A stretch of 63,599 bases of DNA, the filler included, from Choristocarpus tenellus KU-1152 (Eukaryota; Protista; Phaeophyceae): the NCBI GenBank assembly GCA_964200185.2. It is 12 parts of 12 records of this genome, joined end to end, with 100 filler letters (N's around TTAATTAATTAA, not from the genome) between each part and the next. Parts side by side here need not be neighbours in the genome. Positions count along the whole stretch, not along the records: positions 31,073 to 42,001 come from CAXNAD020002620.1; positions 42,102 to 50,280 come from CAXNAD020005042.1; 10 more parts are not named here. One strand, given 5' to 3'. Both the position numbers and the translations under genes were made by a program. Shown here in pieces: positions 36,842 through 48,855 of this stretch (positions are counted from its first letter, which is position 1; each line of letters starts with the position of its first letter). The notes under the pieces were generated by a model, which saw nothing but the letters and a program-made list of their open reading frames with translations, made no database searches and had not been told where the DNA came from.

Positions 36842-39800
36842 TTAAACGTTCCTGCTCTTCAGTGTTCTGAACAAAGCCAACCAGGGTTCAATGTCGAACA
36901 CATTAGCCTTGCGGAGCTTCTTCTGAAGAACAGAGGCTGGGATCAGGCGCAGCAATTGTTCACGCACCCAAACTCCTGCTCTGCTTGTGAGCTGTCCCAG
37001 TTTCATCTGCTTCCGGGAGTCACCGTGAATCCTTGTGGTGTGGGCACGCCTCGCCCTCTGTCAGAGCCCCACGACAGATATGAAAAGAGGTGTTGAGAGT
37101 CAGGTGTATGTGACACTACATAAATAGCACATCCTAAAGACAAAGTAGAAGGATGCATTATCTAACTACAGAAAAAAAACCTCAGGGCTACTCTATTCGC
37201 GCAATTCATTTAAACTGCCTCTAGTATACACATACATCTCCAGGAAAGATCAAATAACTGTGGCGATATCCTAATGTTTACGAAGTGAAGTTGCCGGGTC
37301 AGGCTCGAAAGACTTTTGGTAGCAATAACAAGAGACTTGATGCATTTGTGATGAGTGACCTTGGCTCCCTTCCCATATGGGAGCAGCCACGACTAGCATC
37401 CCAAAGGGAGCATCCTGAGGTCTCCAAAAGAATTGTATTAGACACCTGATGTTGGTTCTGGTAGAGGAACTTCGCTTTGCAGGAAAAAACGATAAAACCC
37501 AAGGGCCAGCTGCTTCTAGTTATAAGGAGTAACATCGTTCTGAACACTCTGTTACTACTCCAGAGTACCACTGTTGAGTGCGAAAACAACACCAGCATCA
37601 ACTTGGTATTGTCAGTGCACATATACTCTGGATTATTATATACAAGTATACCCAAAGGCATAAGAGATGGGAAGCGCGATTTTCTTTTGGTTAAGGCTGT
37701 GACACATCTAATTCAACACACAGGCACTGTTCAAAGAAAACATCTCAACCCCTAACCGAGCTAGTGGAATACGTTTCTCTATATAAATAATTTGTGTCGG
37801 ATGTGGTGATACTTCCTAGCGGCCAAACATGTTTGAAGAGACAAAACTTTTGGTCCTCTGAAGGTTGGGCAAACTCAGGGCGTGGGTGGTGCATTTAAGA
37901 CACGGTATGCAAAATGGTATACGTACTACAATTGATTTGAAAAAGGGACAAACTTGGAGTCTTTTCATCCTTCCATTCTTCTTTACCTCGTAACAGTAAA
38001 ACGCCTCCACTTGGCCGTCAGGTTCGTTCCAGTACTTCTTCAACAACACGGCCAGCACAAAGGCATCCTCAATTGCCATGCATGCTCCCTGGCCATTGTT
38101 TGGAGTCACAGCATGGCATGCATCACCCAATAGGGTCACATGGCTGGAGCTCCACCTGTGTCATGGTGTACGGTGGAACGAATCGCGTAAGAGGGTGCTG
38201 TACATGTAGTACACTTAGGCGAAATACATGGACGCAGGATAAACATCTCTCACTGACCACTGCGCTCCTCACCCGCATCCAATCCCAAGTACTATAAACT
38301 CTTTTCTCACCTCTGCAGGGTTCCCCTCTCACCTGGGTAGCGGATCGCAGTCCTGGATGCAATGGACGTACTTGCCCGCGGCCTCTGAAACCGAGGCAAA
38401 CGTTTTCAAGGGCTCAGGCCACCTGGCCTGTGGCGGAAGCGACGGCGGAACCTTCTCACCCGGGGGATCGTCCAGTTGCTTCACGAACCAGTATCCAGTC
38501 TCGAGGGCACCGTCCAGGTACCCCCATGAGAAGCGAATGCGGTTGCCGTAAACAATGCTCATCGACTCGGGCTGGCGGCGCTCCTCCGCCTTAAACAGCT
38601 CACGTAGTGTATCAGAGCCCGCACTCCCCTCTCGCAGGTCTAAAACGCCACGATAACAGGTCTCACCGCCATCCCGGGCCCTTCTTGCTGACGAACACCC
38701 AGTAACAGCCTCCCTGCAGACGGAGCGAATGCCATCCGCTCCAACAAGGACACGGCAAGACAGATTTGGGGCATCGGCAACGGATGCAGTCGCGGAATTT
38801 TTCCCTGGTGCTAACTCCTCCACACCCGACACAGAGGATCCGTAGGAGATCGTTCCGTCACGGAGGAGGGCCGTCAAAGGTGCCATCACTGCTTGTCTTC
38901 CCACTAGCCGGAACGGCTCGCCCTCTCCTTCCACGACAGTCTCCATGTCCACACACTTGAGGACCTCAAGGCCTCCTGCCTCATTGGTGGTCTTGCTCAT
39001 GTAGACGGTTCGAACCGGGTACGTCTTCCGGTCCCAGAAGTCAGAGGGAGTACCATCCACCTCGCACCCAACACCCAGCTCCTTGAGGATCTTTGCCGCT
39101 GATGGCCACAGAGCCAGATCTGCCCCAGTTTCACTATTGCCAGCTGACGACCTCTCGAGGATCTAGGGCAAGGGTTAGGGTATCAAGCGAGGGCGTTGGG
39201 GGGAATCAGGAGCGCTACAACCAAGGCAAGTATCTGGGGGGGGGGGAAGGTGGCAGTTGTCCATTTGGGGCCCATTTTTACATGTTGCGATTTCTGGGTG
39301 ATTTGGTTGCATGCTTCAGATGGATAAGGTATCTGCACTTCTCCTGGTCAGGACCCATATGGACACCCCGGTGTAGAACTCTCCCCCCCACCAAATACTT
39401 TGACCCAATACCAGTGCTATAATTCCAGGAGTGTTGCGTAAAATGTGAGTCCAAGTCAAAAGTAATATCCGAGGTCACTGCAATGTGACTATCTGAACCG
39501 TGCGTGCAGTTTCACAACTTTATTTTATTTTGGTTTATTTATTTTTATTTATTTTATGGTTTGTGAATATCGATAGCTCTATGTTTCCGGTTCGGAGGCA
39601 CTGCCGGAATTAAGAAGTAATCACATCATCCGTGCACCCATCAACACGATATATTCCCATCATTACTGTCTGCAGAAACCTGCACCCCATATCCTATTTC
39701 TCAGTGACTGACCTCCCTGTGAAACTGTTGCTGAGCATACGTACCTTAAAAGGGATGTCGAGCTCTTGCAAACAGGCCCCAAGGACCAGCCCTCCAATGC

Positions 39801-41637
39801 CACCTCCGACCACGACAATTCCACTTGACCTGTCGCCATTCTCCTGTCCTGCTCTCATAGTTTCTGGCGACTTTTGTGGGGTCTTGGGTTTGCCCCGAAT
39901 CAACATGCTCCACAAGAACGGGTAGATTGCAAGGCAGCGCACATGGAGGGATCTAGAGAACACCACTGCATAGAGAGCAGTAAGTGGGGACGACTGCTGG
40001 GTAGCAAGGAGAGATACCTCTCTGATAAGGTACTCGGCAAACACCATGAGGACCACACAGGGCGCATGCTTCAAACACTGAACAATGAGTGGACTCAGGT
40101 TGTAGGGGCGGGTCTGGCCCCTTGAGGGATTGAAAGCCAAAGTGATGGACAAAGCCCAAGGAGAAGATAGGAGAATGGCCAGTAGTGTTGAAAAGCGGCA
40201 GGTGCCTACTGCCCAAAGGCACACCGCTGACAGATAGGCTAGGATGTACCCAAGCCCAAGTAGCCTGCTCAGGGGAAAGGGCACAGTTGATTGGTGATCT
40301 CGAATGCTCACATCAGCAGGCTACAACACCTTCCTGTTTCTATCCATACTTGAACGTGTGACTATCATGAAAAAAATGAGGCAAGAAAACATAGAGTGAA
40401 AACCTGAGTAGGCTCCCACCTGCAGCTGGACTCTTCGCCCAGAAGCACTGGCAAGGTGTTCTTACCACCCAGCCAGTCCGGCCGTCGGTCAACCATGTTA
40501 AGGGCCATGAAGAGGCTGAACTTTAGGAAGGTTGAGGGCAAAACCAGAGCAGCCAAATCTCTATGGAGGATGACCGCTGGCATCGCAAAGTCTTGGGACT
40601 GCACCATTGCCGCAAATTGTGGAAGAAAAAAATTCATCACGATTGGAGCTGCTATCTCACCAAGGCCACGGTGGTTGAATTTGAAAGGTGGGCAGCTGTA
40701 CTGATAGGCAAAGAAAATCATGAGGCTGCCGAGAGGCCAACAGTGAGAGGGTAAGGCAAATAGAAGGACAAAAATAGCTCCGCCAAGGCATGTGTTCCCC
40801 AGATACAAGCACTCCTTCAATGTGATATCTCCTGTCACCAGCACTTTCGACCCTCCTGTCATTTTACTCGAGTGAATATTGAGTTGATCTGATGGAAAGT
40901 CATAGTACTCCCCTGAACAAAAAGAATGATCACATTTGCAGTCAAATTTGGTTAAAGGGACATCGAAGCTGGTATGATTGTTGTTTGCTTTTGCAAATAT
41001 TGAGACTTCCCTTCACAAATAATGTCTTGGACTCAAGTACTCAGAGGGAAACGTGCGGATGACATACACCCTTGTACATAACCATCTCCACCTTTGTGAA
41101 CCTAACCACGTTTAGTCATCGGAGAAATGCTTTTTTCTATGCTGTCTTTGATAACATGGTTAAGAACAAACACAAACCACCTTTCCTTTCTTCACGTGCA
41201 GTCTGACAGTGTTCCCAACTATGCTTCGTATCCCTAAGGCAGCATCATTGATGCAATGAAGTGATGCGTTCAAACCAAAGTGTTGTACGACTGATTCATT
41301 AACAGACCTGCAACTGAGGTTGGGGGTGGGGAGGATACGCAAATGAAATTCATGTCTTATATGCCGACTGTAGACTTCGTAACGGGTCAGGGCTAAGATG
41401 GTCGAGGGGCGACATTTGCTATAACGTCTCACCAAGCAAGTGAGCGACAAGTTGACATAAGAAGACAAAGGCCCATCCCTCTAAAAAGCCGATGGCGTCA
41501 AACGACGATCCACTGTCTAGGGCAACAGTTGCACCAGCTGCATAAGTGACAGCGGAAAACACTGCCATCTTGAGCCGGGCAAGCCTCAGTATCATCTCAA
41601 TGCGCTGCCACACTCCATTCCTCTTTGCTCCAGTCAT
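36842..41637 (-). CDS. UbiA/MenA-like prenyltransferase fused to FAD-dependent monooxygenase (810 aa, 6 exons)
   Basis: Exons 41637-41433, 40912-40420, 40264-39745, 39162-38333, 38155-37987 and 37057-36842. All are GT-AG and phase-consistent (2433 nt, ending TAA). UbiA motifs GEYYDFPSD..TGGS, YSCPPFKFNHRGLGE, NMVDRRPD..GKNTLPV. Monooxygenase motifs GGGIGG, GADGIRS, LLGDACHAVTPNNGQGACMAIEDA. Confidence 0.92.
39226..39402. mobile_element. MITE-like family C with CAA(A)GTATCTGG-polyG termini (intron 3 of the fusion gene)
   Basis: CAAGTATCTGGGGG... / ...CCCCACCAAATACTTTG. Related ends at 3335-3350, 8596-8610, 14390-14416 and 28329-28352. No clean TSD. Confidence 0.55.
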
Positions 41638-42101
41638 CCTGAGCTGCTAAGAACACACCAGAAAAGCTTCAGGGAAAGGTATGTGTCTCCTCATGACCAT
41701 TCCAACCTAAACCTAAAACCTTGACATCAACCATGGTATGAAATGAAAATGTGAAAATATTCGGTAATTTCTCCTACTTAATTAGGTTTTTCCGCAACAC
41801 ATCCAAAAATGTGAGAGGGATAATAAATAGTACATAAAAAATGGGTTGTGGTTAGTAGGTTGTATTGTTGTTACGTAGTGAAGGCTAAAACTATCTTCAA
41901 TCGTAATGTTGAATGAGTGGTTAGAAGGAATACACCCACTACGAGGGCTCCTTTGATCCTCGTAGTTATAACCTCAACACCTTTGGGATGGAAAGTTTTG
42001 GNNNNNNNNNNNNNNNNNNNNNNNNNNNNNNNNNNNNNNNNNNNNTTAATTAATTAANNNNNNNNNNNNNNNNNNNNNNNNNNNNNNNNNNNNNNNNNNN
42101 N

Positions 42102-43299
42102 TGCTAACTCCCATACCACCATTGTCGGCCCCAATCCCAGTTCCCCCACTCCCCCCACAGTGAATGGGGATGTGGGTCGTGACAGTTACCTTGTCAGAAG
42201 ATGCTGCAGCCTGGGCATCAAGGTGGTCAAAGACTCGCACTACCCCCTCTAGGACAGCCTCCTTGCAGCCTTTACCAGCAAGCAACAGCAGTTGATAAGT
42301 CAGTGGGGGGAGGTCATGCAGGTCAGTCCTCCCACGCAAGTGACGCAATACACGTGCCACGGCAGACGAGAGCTGCCGCTCACCCAGGTCCACATCTCGC
42401 AAGACTTGGCATATGCCGATGGAGCACGGTCCAGGCCACCGGGCCCGGCACAGTCTAGTGATGACTATTTCCTTGTACTCCACCCCTGACAGCCCATGGA
42501 AGCGCAAAGGGATCGATGGGTTGGTAGGGAGCTCCACCACACGTGAGACCAAGCTGAGTAACTTCGGTAGAAGCTCCAAAGAGACAAGGAAACCTGCTGC
42601 CGCCTCTTCATCCATACCACTAGTACTGCCCTCTTTCCTACCACCGACACCACTGTCAATGTCAACGGCCCCAACTTTCCTTGACGGCAACACTAGACGT
42701 ACAAGAATAGCCTCTGTCAAGGAAGGGATCCGCTCAGGGCAGATGTCGTCCAGACCTGCCAGCACTATTCCTAAGAGGTCGCGAGCAGGCCTGTCCACCA
42801 CGAAGCAATTTTGCATGGCCTACTCCAGATATTTCAAGGGGTTTGGAAGCGTTCGTCGAGCAAGGATTTCGGTAAGGTACTGGTAGGCCATGGTATGAGG
42901 AAAAAGAAGAAAGGTCATGGACAAGAGAGAAGTGAATCAAAAAATATAACTCACTCTTATGGCCTGATCAGTTACGTCTGCTTTCCTCTCATTTCCAAGA
43001 GGTGAAACACGAGGGGATGCCCTCATCACCGCCCGCACAAAGTCCACATATGCTCCCTTGGCAGCGAGCTCCAAGCAGATCCTATCAGAGAAGAGCTCGG
43101 TGGTACACAAAGAATCCAACTCCCGCACCAAGGAAGCTGCCTCAGGATCTGTGTGTAAGCCACTACCCGTAAGATTAAGGTTCTGACTGAGCAAGACTCC
43201 AGAAGAAAGGATCGCATGCTTCCCGGTCTCTCCAAATGCAAGCCTATGAGCAAGTTGGAGGACCTTGGGGTCATTAGATGTTGGAGTGGTCAGTGCCAT
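42102..43299 (-). CDS. FANCI: Fanconi anemia group I protein, N-terminal part (3' truncated; in-frame TAG at 42820-42822)
   Basis: Exon 1 is 43299-42955; exon 2 runs from 42879 (or 42819) to about 42190. LELLPKLL, SGVEYKEIVITRLCRARW and DLPPLTYQLLLLAGKGCKEAVLEGVVRVF match the FANCI solenoid-1 pattern from memory. Confidence 0.85.
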
Positions 43300-43665
43300 T
43301 TTAGCACCTCCGCAAACCGTCGGTAGCACCTACCACACTCTCTCTATATTGGTAGACACCCAAGATCATAAGCTTTTCAGCCATGTAGTGGTGGGTTCTG
43401 TTGGTTTGGATTAACCTTGTAATAATGTGCCTGATCTTGCAAATTGGTCAAATTTAAATTTTGATTTATATAGCCTTCGAAGTATATAGCAAAAGTAAAC
43501 TAGTCTTCTTTACATCTACTTAAATCAAGGTACAGGAAAGGAGTTCTTTCAACTTTCACAACTTTCGTCGCTGTTAAGGCACAGGTGCTTGTGATCACTC
43601 ATTGTTAGTATTGTCTGCGTTTATATGGCCCCGATATTTTGACACGAGTTTCGAACACTCGTGAC
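43300..43665. promoter_or_regulatory. Putative bidirectional promoter
   Basis: 366 bp of AT-rich sequence between the divergent ATGs at 43299(-) and 43666(+). Confidence 0.5.
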
Positions 43666-46600
43666 ATGTCAGAGATATCATTGCCCCCTTGTTCACACGA
43701 GTTGGAAAGTGGGTCCCGAGACCCTGTCGCTCCGTGGGATACTGTCGATGAGCCCATCACGGCGGATGAGAAAGGAGGGATGACCTCCCAAGAAACGTTA
43801 ACAGTTTTATCTGACTTGGAGAAGCTAGGTCTGGCGATTCGATTTGGTAAAACCCGCTTGTGCGCCGCTCTCACTCACGGTCACAGCTTTGAAACGTCTA
43901 TCTTCCGCCTGCCCGCCAAGTGCTCAGCGTGCTCCGAGGTAGTCTGGGGACCCTTTAACCGGGGATGTACGTGCCTGACTTGCGGTCTGATTTCGCATAG
44001 GAGCTGTGCAGGAAAAGCGACCATGCCTCCTTGCCCCACCAAGGACCAATTCTTGGACTTTTGCCGCATGGAGCTCAGAATGTCAAATAAAACTCTCGCT
44101 GCCACAGAAAAAGATGGAGAAGAATGGTCAACGGTGGAAAGTGGGGGTGGCCATGAAGAATCTCGTTCTAAAAGAACCAGTTGTGAGGATCAAGTCCAGT
44201 CACTGTCACAGTCACAGTCAGGAGATCCCTTGAAACCGTCCTCTCAAAAAGGGGGTCTAGGTTCATCATTCTGCTGGGTACCGTTCAGCGTTGATCGCCG
44301 AGCCTCCTTCAAATCCTCAAGTCACCCCACTGCAACTAATGCAACCGCTGATGCCATCGTTCCGGCCTCGTCCGTCACTGAGCCATATAGTGCCACAGTG
44401 TCAGGAATACAACCCCTATCTCCAGTCGTGTCCCACGAGACGGACTCCTCGAAGTGCGCAAATGGACAGTCTAATACTTCCAACAAATCTGGGCTGCGAA
44501 GCTTCTCGAGCTTAAGCGTGGCTGGCGGTTTCATGGGGGCCATGATTGGGGGACCCTGTGGAGCAATGTTTGGACTTAAGCTAGGAGTTGTCTTTGCGGC
44601 AGGTAAGATGAGTGCTGAGTCCTTGTGGCAACGAATCGAGAAGGAGAGGCGAGAGGCCAGCGCTCAGGAGATTGGCGTGGTAGCAGCATCCAATGGAGGT
44701 AGAGGCGAAGCTGCTGCCTCTGTGGGACCAAGGTCATGCGACATTTGGGCACAAATTGCAATGGAAATAGAGGCAGGATCGACGTGGTACGTATGAAAGG
44801 GGCCATTCAACAAACTAAAATATACAAGTAGAACAAGCAGAGGACAAAATTTCAATACCATCTCTTGCCATTTCCCCTTCTTTGTGTTATTAGAGACCTA
44901 GACCCTTTCACACTGCACTCTGGGTCCCACCTTATTGCCTGTAGAGAAATGGGAGTACCATGCTCCATGTTATGTTTTTATTTAAATGTAGTGTAGATGG
45001 CAATTGTCCTTTGTTTTGAGACTACAACCCCCTACTTCGTTCCTCTCTGCCCCTCTCTTGTGCTGCAGTGTGTGTGATCTATTGCTGCACACATATTACC
45101 CTACACATAGCGCCCTCCAATTCTCGGCCTCACTTCATGCCCTTGTCAAGGTAGTTGTCAGGATATAGTCCAAGGAGTTGGTTTCTATGCATTGAGATCT
45201 GGCAGGGTGGGCAGTCAAGCAATCATGTACCATCACGTCAGCACCCTCTCCCATAAATGCACATCGTAGTGGTCTGTGCCTCGATGAGATATTCGCCAGA
45301 GTGAGTATGCCCTGTGACCAAATGATGCAGCAAAAAGGCAACAAGCTGTAATAACCCTCTGTTCCTGCAAATATCGCTCTATTCTTTCGAGATAATGCTA
45401 TGACATCGCAGTACAAAATTGACACTTGTATTCCCCTGCTTTTTTCTCTTTCATGTTGTTTTTTTCTACGCTCTTGTTTGTAAAAAAAAAAAAAGGAACC
45501 TTGATGAAGAAGAGCGGCAACGCCTGGAGCTCGGGGAATGTGACGTCCAAGAGGTGGCAGGGTTTGTGGTGGGGAAGATGCTCGAAGATGAAAACTCTGG
45601 TCCGCACCGGCTCCATTTGACCCTTCTTGCAACATTTCGCTCACGACACCCTCGTGCCGACACCTCTCCCGGAAGTTCTGACCAAATGGAAGTGGCGGAG
45701 GACATTGTCTATGTTGGCAGCAGCGTTGATACTGAGATGGTGACGGTGTACAAGCCACTGTGGGCAGGTGGGGGGGAAAGCGAATGTGACGTTGGCGATG
45801 GCGGCTGTGGAGACAGTGACTACGAAGGCAGTTTCAGCGATGGTTGCAGTGTCGGCAGGAATCATGCAGATGAGGGTGTTGGGGGGGTGGGGCAATTTGC
45901 GGCACTGGAAAAGGGTTTCAGTTTCGTGAGTGAGAGCGAGTGCATGAGCGGGGAGGGGGCCGGGTACAGGGGCAAGGAGAGTCCAAGCATGGCGGAGGAG
46001 GGCAGCAAGGAAAGTGCTTTGGGGCAAGCGGAGACAGCTGTTCTGGATTTGGAAGGCTGGGCTTTGGGTGATAGCAACCAACCAATGGGGCATGGGAATG
46101 GCGGAGGAGAGATGAATGCCAGGGATGATCCCCAAGGCAGCCGGAGGGAGAGGTGGGTGAAGCTCGATGAGGTGTCCTGCACAGGTGGTGAAACGGCAGT
46201 TGGTGGAATAGATACGGACCCAGTAGGTGCGACGGACTTGGGGATGGGCTCATGCTCTAGTGTTTGGCTATTGCCTGGAGAGTATCTAGAGGGTGGGGAT
46301 AGGATTTTGGGGGAAGCGGAAGGCTGGGGCAGAGTTTATGAGGGTGCAGCCGAAGGAGGGAGAGGTGCTATACCTGAGTTGGAACTGGGGGAGTCCTTAT
46401 GTAGACACGTGGGAGCCAAAGTTGATGCAAGTGTAGACACTACAGATGCAACAGCAGCAGCATCAGAATCTTCTTGTGGGACGGGAGCAGGAGAGGTGGC
46501 TGGGAAAGGCAATGTAGCAGGTTGCTGTGCACAAGAGCCTCAAGAATTGGAGGCAGGGAGAAGAGTTGGGGCAGAGGAAGGAAGTACTGCAGTTGTGTGG

Positions 46601-47824
46601 GTGGAGAAAGTCTTGTCCAAAAGAAGTAAAGGCGTGGGACAGGAAGGGGTGGGGGTGACCACCAAATTGTCGAAAATGTCGATCACCACCTCAACAGCAG
46701 CAGCAGATTGTGATTGCCCAACGCGGGACGGGCTATCAAGCAGTTTGGTGACTTTGACGCTTCATCAAGGGGATGGGGAAATGGAGAGCAATCATCGCTG
46801 TGGGGGTGAGAGAGACAGTCCTCACTGTGGCAACATTGGTGGCACTGTCGGCCCTGGTAGTAGTAGTGGTAGCCATCACAGCGCCACTGCGCCTTTATCC
46901 CCTATCCCACCACCCCAGCCACCACCACTTTCCCTACCTTTGACCCCTCCGGATCCACTCCGTGATGTACATGGCTACCTTCGTGAACTAACTCGTGCAG
47001 TATTGGCTGCCTGCCCAAGCTTTTTGACCTCTTCGGAAGAGGCAACCCTGCAGGCTGTCAATGCAGTGGACAGGCGAGTTTTTGCCGAGTGCTACGATGC
47101 TGTGTTCAACCACGTAGCGGCCCAGCAGCGTGCCCAGGACAAATCCCTCTCTACGAGGCTGCGCCGGGAGGCCACAACACGACGGGCTACAGGGCTGCAG
47201 CCCTTCTCGGAGTTGTGCTGCCCTCAAGCATTGGTTTCACTCCGAGCTATGGGCCGTGCGCAGACGTCTTTCGACAAGCTGGGCTGCCTGGTGAGGGCAG
47301 TAGAAGATATGATCCAGGAGCTCCCGGGGGGCCCTGAGGCCGTGACTGCGGACGATCTCCTGTGGTCGCTCTGTGTGCACCTGGCAGCTGGCCCTGTAGC
47401 GCTACCGCATGCTGAGGTGGCCTTCATTGAGCAATTTGTCCGAGATGAGTACTGGCTCTTGGGGAGGGAGGGGTATGTGCTTACATCGGTCGAGGCGGCT
47501 ATGCACATCCTCCACGATCCAGCGATATCGAGAGAGGTGTTTGAGGACCCCGGTCCTGGCAGGGAAGTGAGCTGGAACGGCAGAAGTAGCGAGGTTGGTA
47601 TTATTAGAGACATTGGTCGTGCCGCTGAATCGACATCTGCAGCTGCTGCACAAGACAAGCAAGAAGATGTAGAGGGGGAAGGGGGGTTGGAAGGGAGTGG
47701 AGTGGTAATCGGAACTGTAGGGGATCGGAGTAGAAGCAGCAGCGCATCTTTGTGTGTCTCCTTGGATGTTGTGGATAGTGATGATGATGCTGTTGTTGTT
47801 GTGGGAGAGGAGGAAGGTTGCTGA
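43666..47824 (+). CDS. C1 (PKC-type zinc finger) + glycine zipper + VPS9 (Rab5-family GEF) protein, ~1149 aa
   Basis: Exon 1 is 43666-44786 (HSF..CSAC..CTCLTC..HRSC..C; GGFMGAMIGGPCG). A phase-2 join leads to 45496-47824 with VPS9 motifs DKLGCL, ADDLL and GREGYVLT. Extra introns are not excluded. Confidence 0.8.
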
Positions 47825-48459
47825 CAAGAGTTGCAGTTTCTTCTGCTGTTATGTATTGGGGAGGGGGGGTGTTTTCATATACGATTGTGGTGTTTTGTGC
47901 TGGTGTTGCTTTGGAGGGCCCGGGAAGGATACTGTGACCTGACCACAGTGTCATACAGTGCAGTGCTGGTTGTGGGCACAGGAGCTATAGAACACAGCAA
48001 GGCTTGATGTGTGGGAGGGGAGGGATGGGGTGCCGTTTGGAGGTGTGGAAGTAGGGCCACTGGTCTGTGGATTTTCAGGGACAGGGGGCTTGGAATGCTG
48101 CCTGTAGCATTTTTTTTCTGTATATATGCCAGGGCAACTAGAACGGCTGTACAGTCTTTATACTTTTCTTTCTTAAATACCAGGGTTTTTTTATCCTTTT
48201 CACTGGCTCTTTTACAATATGTGCATATTATTAGTTATGATAATAATACTGGCTGCGGGAGGTAGTCAACTTTTTTTTTTTAAGAACACTGTTTTTAGAA
48301 TTCCCTTTCTTTTACCCTCCCCACTGCAAACTCTTTGAATTGAAACGAATAGCATATTTCCCTCTTGCTTCCTCCTGCTACGAAACTACACAGCCAGTGA
48401 GCGCTATGATTACCAGGGGGGTTCCCACTTTTTGAGTGTCTTGTTGTACCATTGCCTAC

Positions 48460-48855
48460 AGTTGTCGTAAATGTGAAAGAGATTTTTCTATCATCGATTT
48501 ACTGTTTTACCACCAGCTATGCTGCACCACTCCCCTCCTATGCCCCCAACCTAGCTTAGCCCTACACCCCAGGGTGAGGAGCTAGGGAAGCAACCCAAGA
48601 ATCTGACAGACCCCTCCTTGCCCATCTTCCTGGTGTCTCCTGCTTAAACTGCACGACATATCTTGGTAGAGCCACTTGTGTTGTGACGGACTCTATCCGT
48701 TGTAAACGGGACTTGACAGCTCCTTTCCTCCTGTATCCTCCCGGTTCTCTCCCCCCCATCGCAAAACTCAACTCATCCAGAAAACTCTACTAGCTAACCG
48801 AGCCATCACCCCCCAAAAAACTACATTATTATGCCCTCTTGACATTTTGCAGATA
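48460..48855 (-). mobile_element. RLE-type non-LTR 3' fragment plus a further hairpin-tail copy
   Basis: FLDELSFA..RKGAVKSRLQRIESVTTQVALPR, homologous to the 11051 and 22969 copies. ATTATTATGCCCTCTTGACATTTTGCAGAT at about 48826-48855. Confidence 0.72.

Noticed and set aside
31073-42001. Bacterial contaminant contig as the source of the SDR and UbiA genes
   Set aside because: The same contig carries spliceosomal introns, a Gypsy element and MITE families shared with the other contigs.
21024-42822. TAG reassignment (in-frame TAG in FANCI and in a Pro-rich minus-strand frame near 21230)
   Set aside because: The long intact CDSs (SDR, fusion gene, C1-VPS9) contain no in-frame TAG, so a recoded genetic code is unsupported.
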